Positions 25,128-26,426 of a stretch of DNA of 26,426 bases are shown in pieces. The DNA comes from a virus (lineage: Duplodnaviria > Caudoviricetes): the IMG/VR virus record IMGVR_UViG_3300042485_004207, positions 1-26,426 of that record; one strand, written 5' to 3'. The notes under the pieces are model-generated. The model was not told the origin of the DNA. It searched no databases and saw only the letters and a program-made list of their open reading frames with translations. The position numbers and the translations under genes were made by a program. Position 1 is the first letter of the stretch. Every line of letters begins with the position of its first letter.

Positions 25128-25713
25128 TTATATAAAAACCTTTACGATGATAGTCATTGTCTTCAATGAATTTCATATTTTTGATTTTTTTATCATCCCA
25201 AACGGGAATCGCAACAGAATTTCCATAACGAAAATCAGGATTTCTACGAAAATGAACTTCTATTAGATTTTCCCCGATAAATTCACAATTAATCCATTCG
25301 TAATTGCCTACTAAATTGTTTAAAATATCCGGAAAAGAAATATCTTTATCTATTTTTTGCCACTTTTTCCACTTATAAAGAGGTTCATGATCATCCCGAG
25401 TTCCAATTACGACTAATTCTGCTTTTTTATGATAAAAATCAACACTAATGTGCTCGCCTTCAAAAATTTCACACCAAAATTCTGCAGGATGAATATTATC
25501 GGTGTGTTTTTCAATCCATTCTTTACGAGCAAAACGCCCCATTCCAAGTAAATTAAAAGAAGGTCGAACAATATAAAAGTCGGGTTTGGGAACTGTAGTC
25601 CCAACAGGACCACATGTATACCCCAACATCCGACTTAAAAATAATTTATTGTATACCCAAAGATCTGATGAATTTATAGTATTCCATTCATCATTTCCAT
25701 CTAAATGATACAT
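25123..25713 (-). CDS. Minimal ATP-grasp-fold-like protein, 196 aa
   Basis: Ordered motifs YNKLFL (DK-like), YIVRPSFNLLGMGRFA (vKP..g.gG.g-like), WCEIFEGEHISVD (QEyi.G.E.svd-like) and INCEF...LIEVHFR (vEf...liEvNpR-like). Confidence 0.6.
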   Translation of the reverse strand: MYHLDGNDEWNTINSSDLWVYNKLFLSRMLGYTCGPVGTTVPKPDFYIVRPSFNLLGMGRFARKEWIEKHTDNIHPAEFWCEIFEGEHISVDFYHKKAELVVIGTRDDHEPLYKWKKWQKIDKDISFPDILNNLVGNYEWINCEFIGENLIEVHFRRNPDFRYGNSVAIPVWDDKKIKNMKFIEDNDYHRKGFYIK

Positions 25714-25722
25714 CTTGGTTGA

Positions 25723-25869
25723 TTATCCTTTCCCTTGCCCTCTGTATTTTTTACGAGCTTTATTGCGAGAAGACGCTGCATACTTGGTATTAGACCCACA
25801 TCCTTGCCGAGTATTCTTTGGATGAGACTCGATGATTTTATTGCCGCTGAGTGATTTTTTAATTGCCAT
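25723..25869 (-). CDS. Small Lys/Arg-rich protein, 48 aa (not in ORF track)
   Basis: Manual translation: MAIKKSLSGNKIIESHPKNTRQGCGSNTKYAASSRNKARKKYRGQGKG*. The ATG overlaps the upstream stop (TAATG) and the ORF fills the gap almost exactly. Confidence 0.8.
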   Translation of the reverse strand: MAIKKSLSGNKIIESHPKNTRQGCGSNTKYAASSRNKARKKYRGQGKG

Positions 25870-26036
25870 TAATCTAATTCTCCAATAATTTCTGTTTCAA
25901 TATCTTCAGGGCGTGGAGAACCTGTCTGATAATATTCAATCGACAGATCCTCCATTACATTGAAATATTCTTCTTCAGTGAGTGAGGAATAAATCTTTCT
26001 TCCCTTGCAGATGATGTTATACGTTTCCTCTGCCAT
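25869..26036 (-). CDS. Small acidic hypothetical protein, 55 aa
   Basis: 3' part of the 90-aa track ORF. The ATG at 26036 lies 4 nt after the upstream TGA: MAEETYNIICKGRKIYSSLTEEEYFNVMEDLSIEYYQTGSPRPEDIETEIIGELD. Confidence 0.72.
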   Translation of the reverse strand: MAEETYNIICKGRKIYSSLTEEEYFNVMEDLSIEYYQTGSPRPEDIETEIIGELD

Positions 26037-26040
26037 TTTC

Positions 26041-26426
26041 TCAGATGATTCTTGTTTTTTCATGCCCAACACGAATGCGTGGATCGCACCAGATTTCAAA
26101 TCCTGCCTCCTTTGCATCCAGACAGAAAGATACGTCCTCACCGCACATATCCTGCACTTCTCCTGATTCGAAAACCTGCATCTTTGGTGCGAACCAAGGA
26201 TACTTCATTTCAGAGTGCTCAAAGACACCGTGCTTAATCAGCAACCAACCAAAACCTGCATAATCCACAGTGAATGGTTTACGACGCTTTGAGATGCTTT
26301 CAACGGTTTCATGATTCATCACACCACCATTGTTTCTAAAGTCATCTTCTTCCATCCAATGAGCAACCGAAGTTGTGTGACCATCTTCTGTTGCATACCA
26401 ACCAGAAGCAATATCTTTGTCCATTA
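26041..26426 (-). CDS. GT-A fold (family 2-like) glycosyltransferase, C-terminal part (5' end outside window)
   Basis: VDYAGFGWLLIKHGVFE...PWF...GEDVSFC..AKEAGFEIWCDP.IRVGH are GT2-like C-terminal motifs (ED catalytic region, terminal His). Confidence 0.75.
   Translation of the reverse strand, partial: MDKDIASGWYATEDGHTTSVAHWMEEDDFRNNGGVMNHETVESISKRRKPFTVDYAGFGWLLIKHGVFEHSEMKYPWFAPKMQVFESGEVQDMCGEDVSFCLDAKEAGFEIWCDPRIRVGHEKTRII

Noticed and set aside
12512-25613. Short alternative-frame minus ORFs (12512-12706, 15695-15880, 25413-25613)
   Set aside because: They are nested out of frame inside longer genes, with Leu-rich off-frame composition and no supporting signals.
26037-26141. N-terminal extension of the 90-aa track ORF
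   Set aside because: It overlaps the glycosyltransferase 3' end by about 100 nt; the ATG at 26036 just after the stop is more plausible.
306-26263. All plus-strand ORFs in the track (e.g. 306-599, 2470-2778, 24050-24394, 26045-26263)
   Set aside because: They lie antisense to well-supported minus-strand genes, mostly as mirror-frame shadows, with no recognisable motifs.

Overview
This is an AT-rich segment of a T4-like myovirus genome, most likely a cyanophage (Kyanoviridae-like, inferred from gene order and protein style). All credible genes lie on the minus strand and are tightly packed. In transcription order (high to low coordinates) the window holds a partial GT-A glycosyltransferase-like gene, a 55-aa acidic ORF, a 48-aa Lys/Arg-rich ORF missed by the ORF track, a 196-aa ATP-grasp-like protein and a pyruvoyl-type speD homologue. 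Next come a structured intergenic leader (pseudoknot plus anti-SD hairpin) and an 80-aa ORF. The baseplate/neck module follows: gp25, gp6, a 3893-aa gp7-like protein, gp8, a 2431-aa VrlC/DUF4815-like protein, a 67-aa ORF, a 58-aa NblA-like ORF, a 114-aa ORF, a 202-aa repeat fibre protein and the start of neck protein gp13. T4-type late promoters (NATAAATA) punctuate the region. The most interesting items are the riboswitch-like RNA after speD, the ATP-grasp/SpeD/peptide cassette and the NblA-like gene inside the late structural operon. All calls are by eye, with no database searches.
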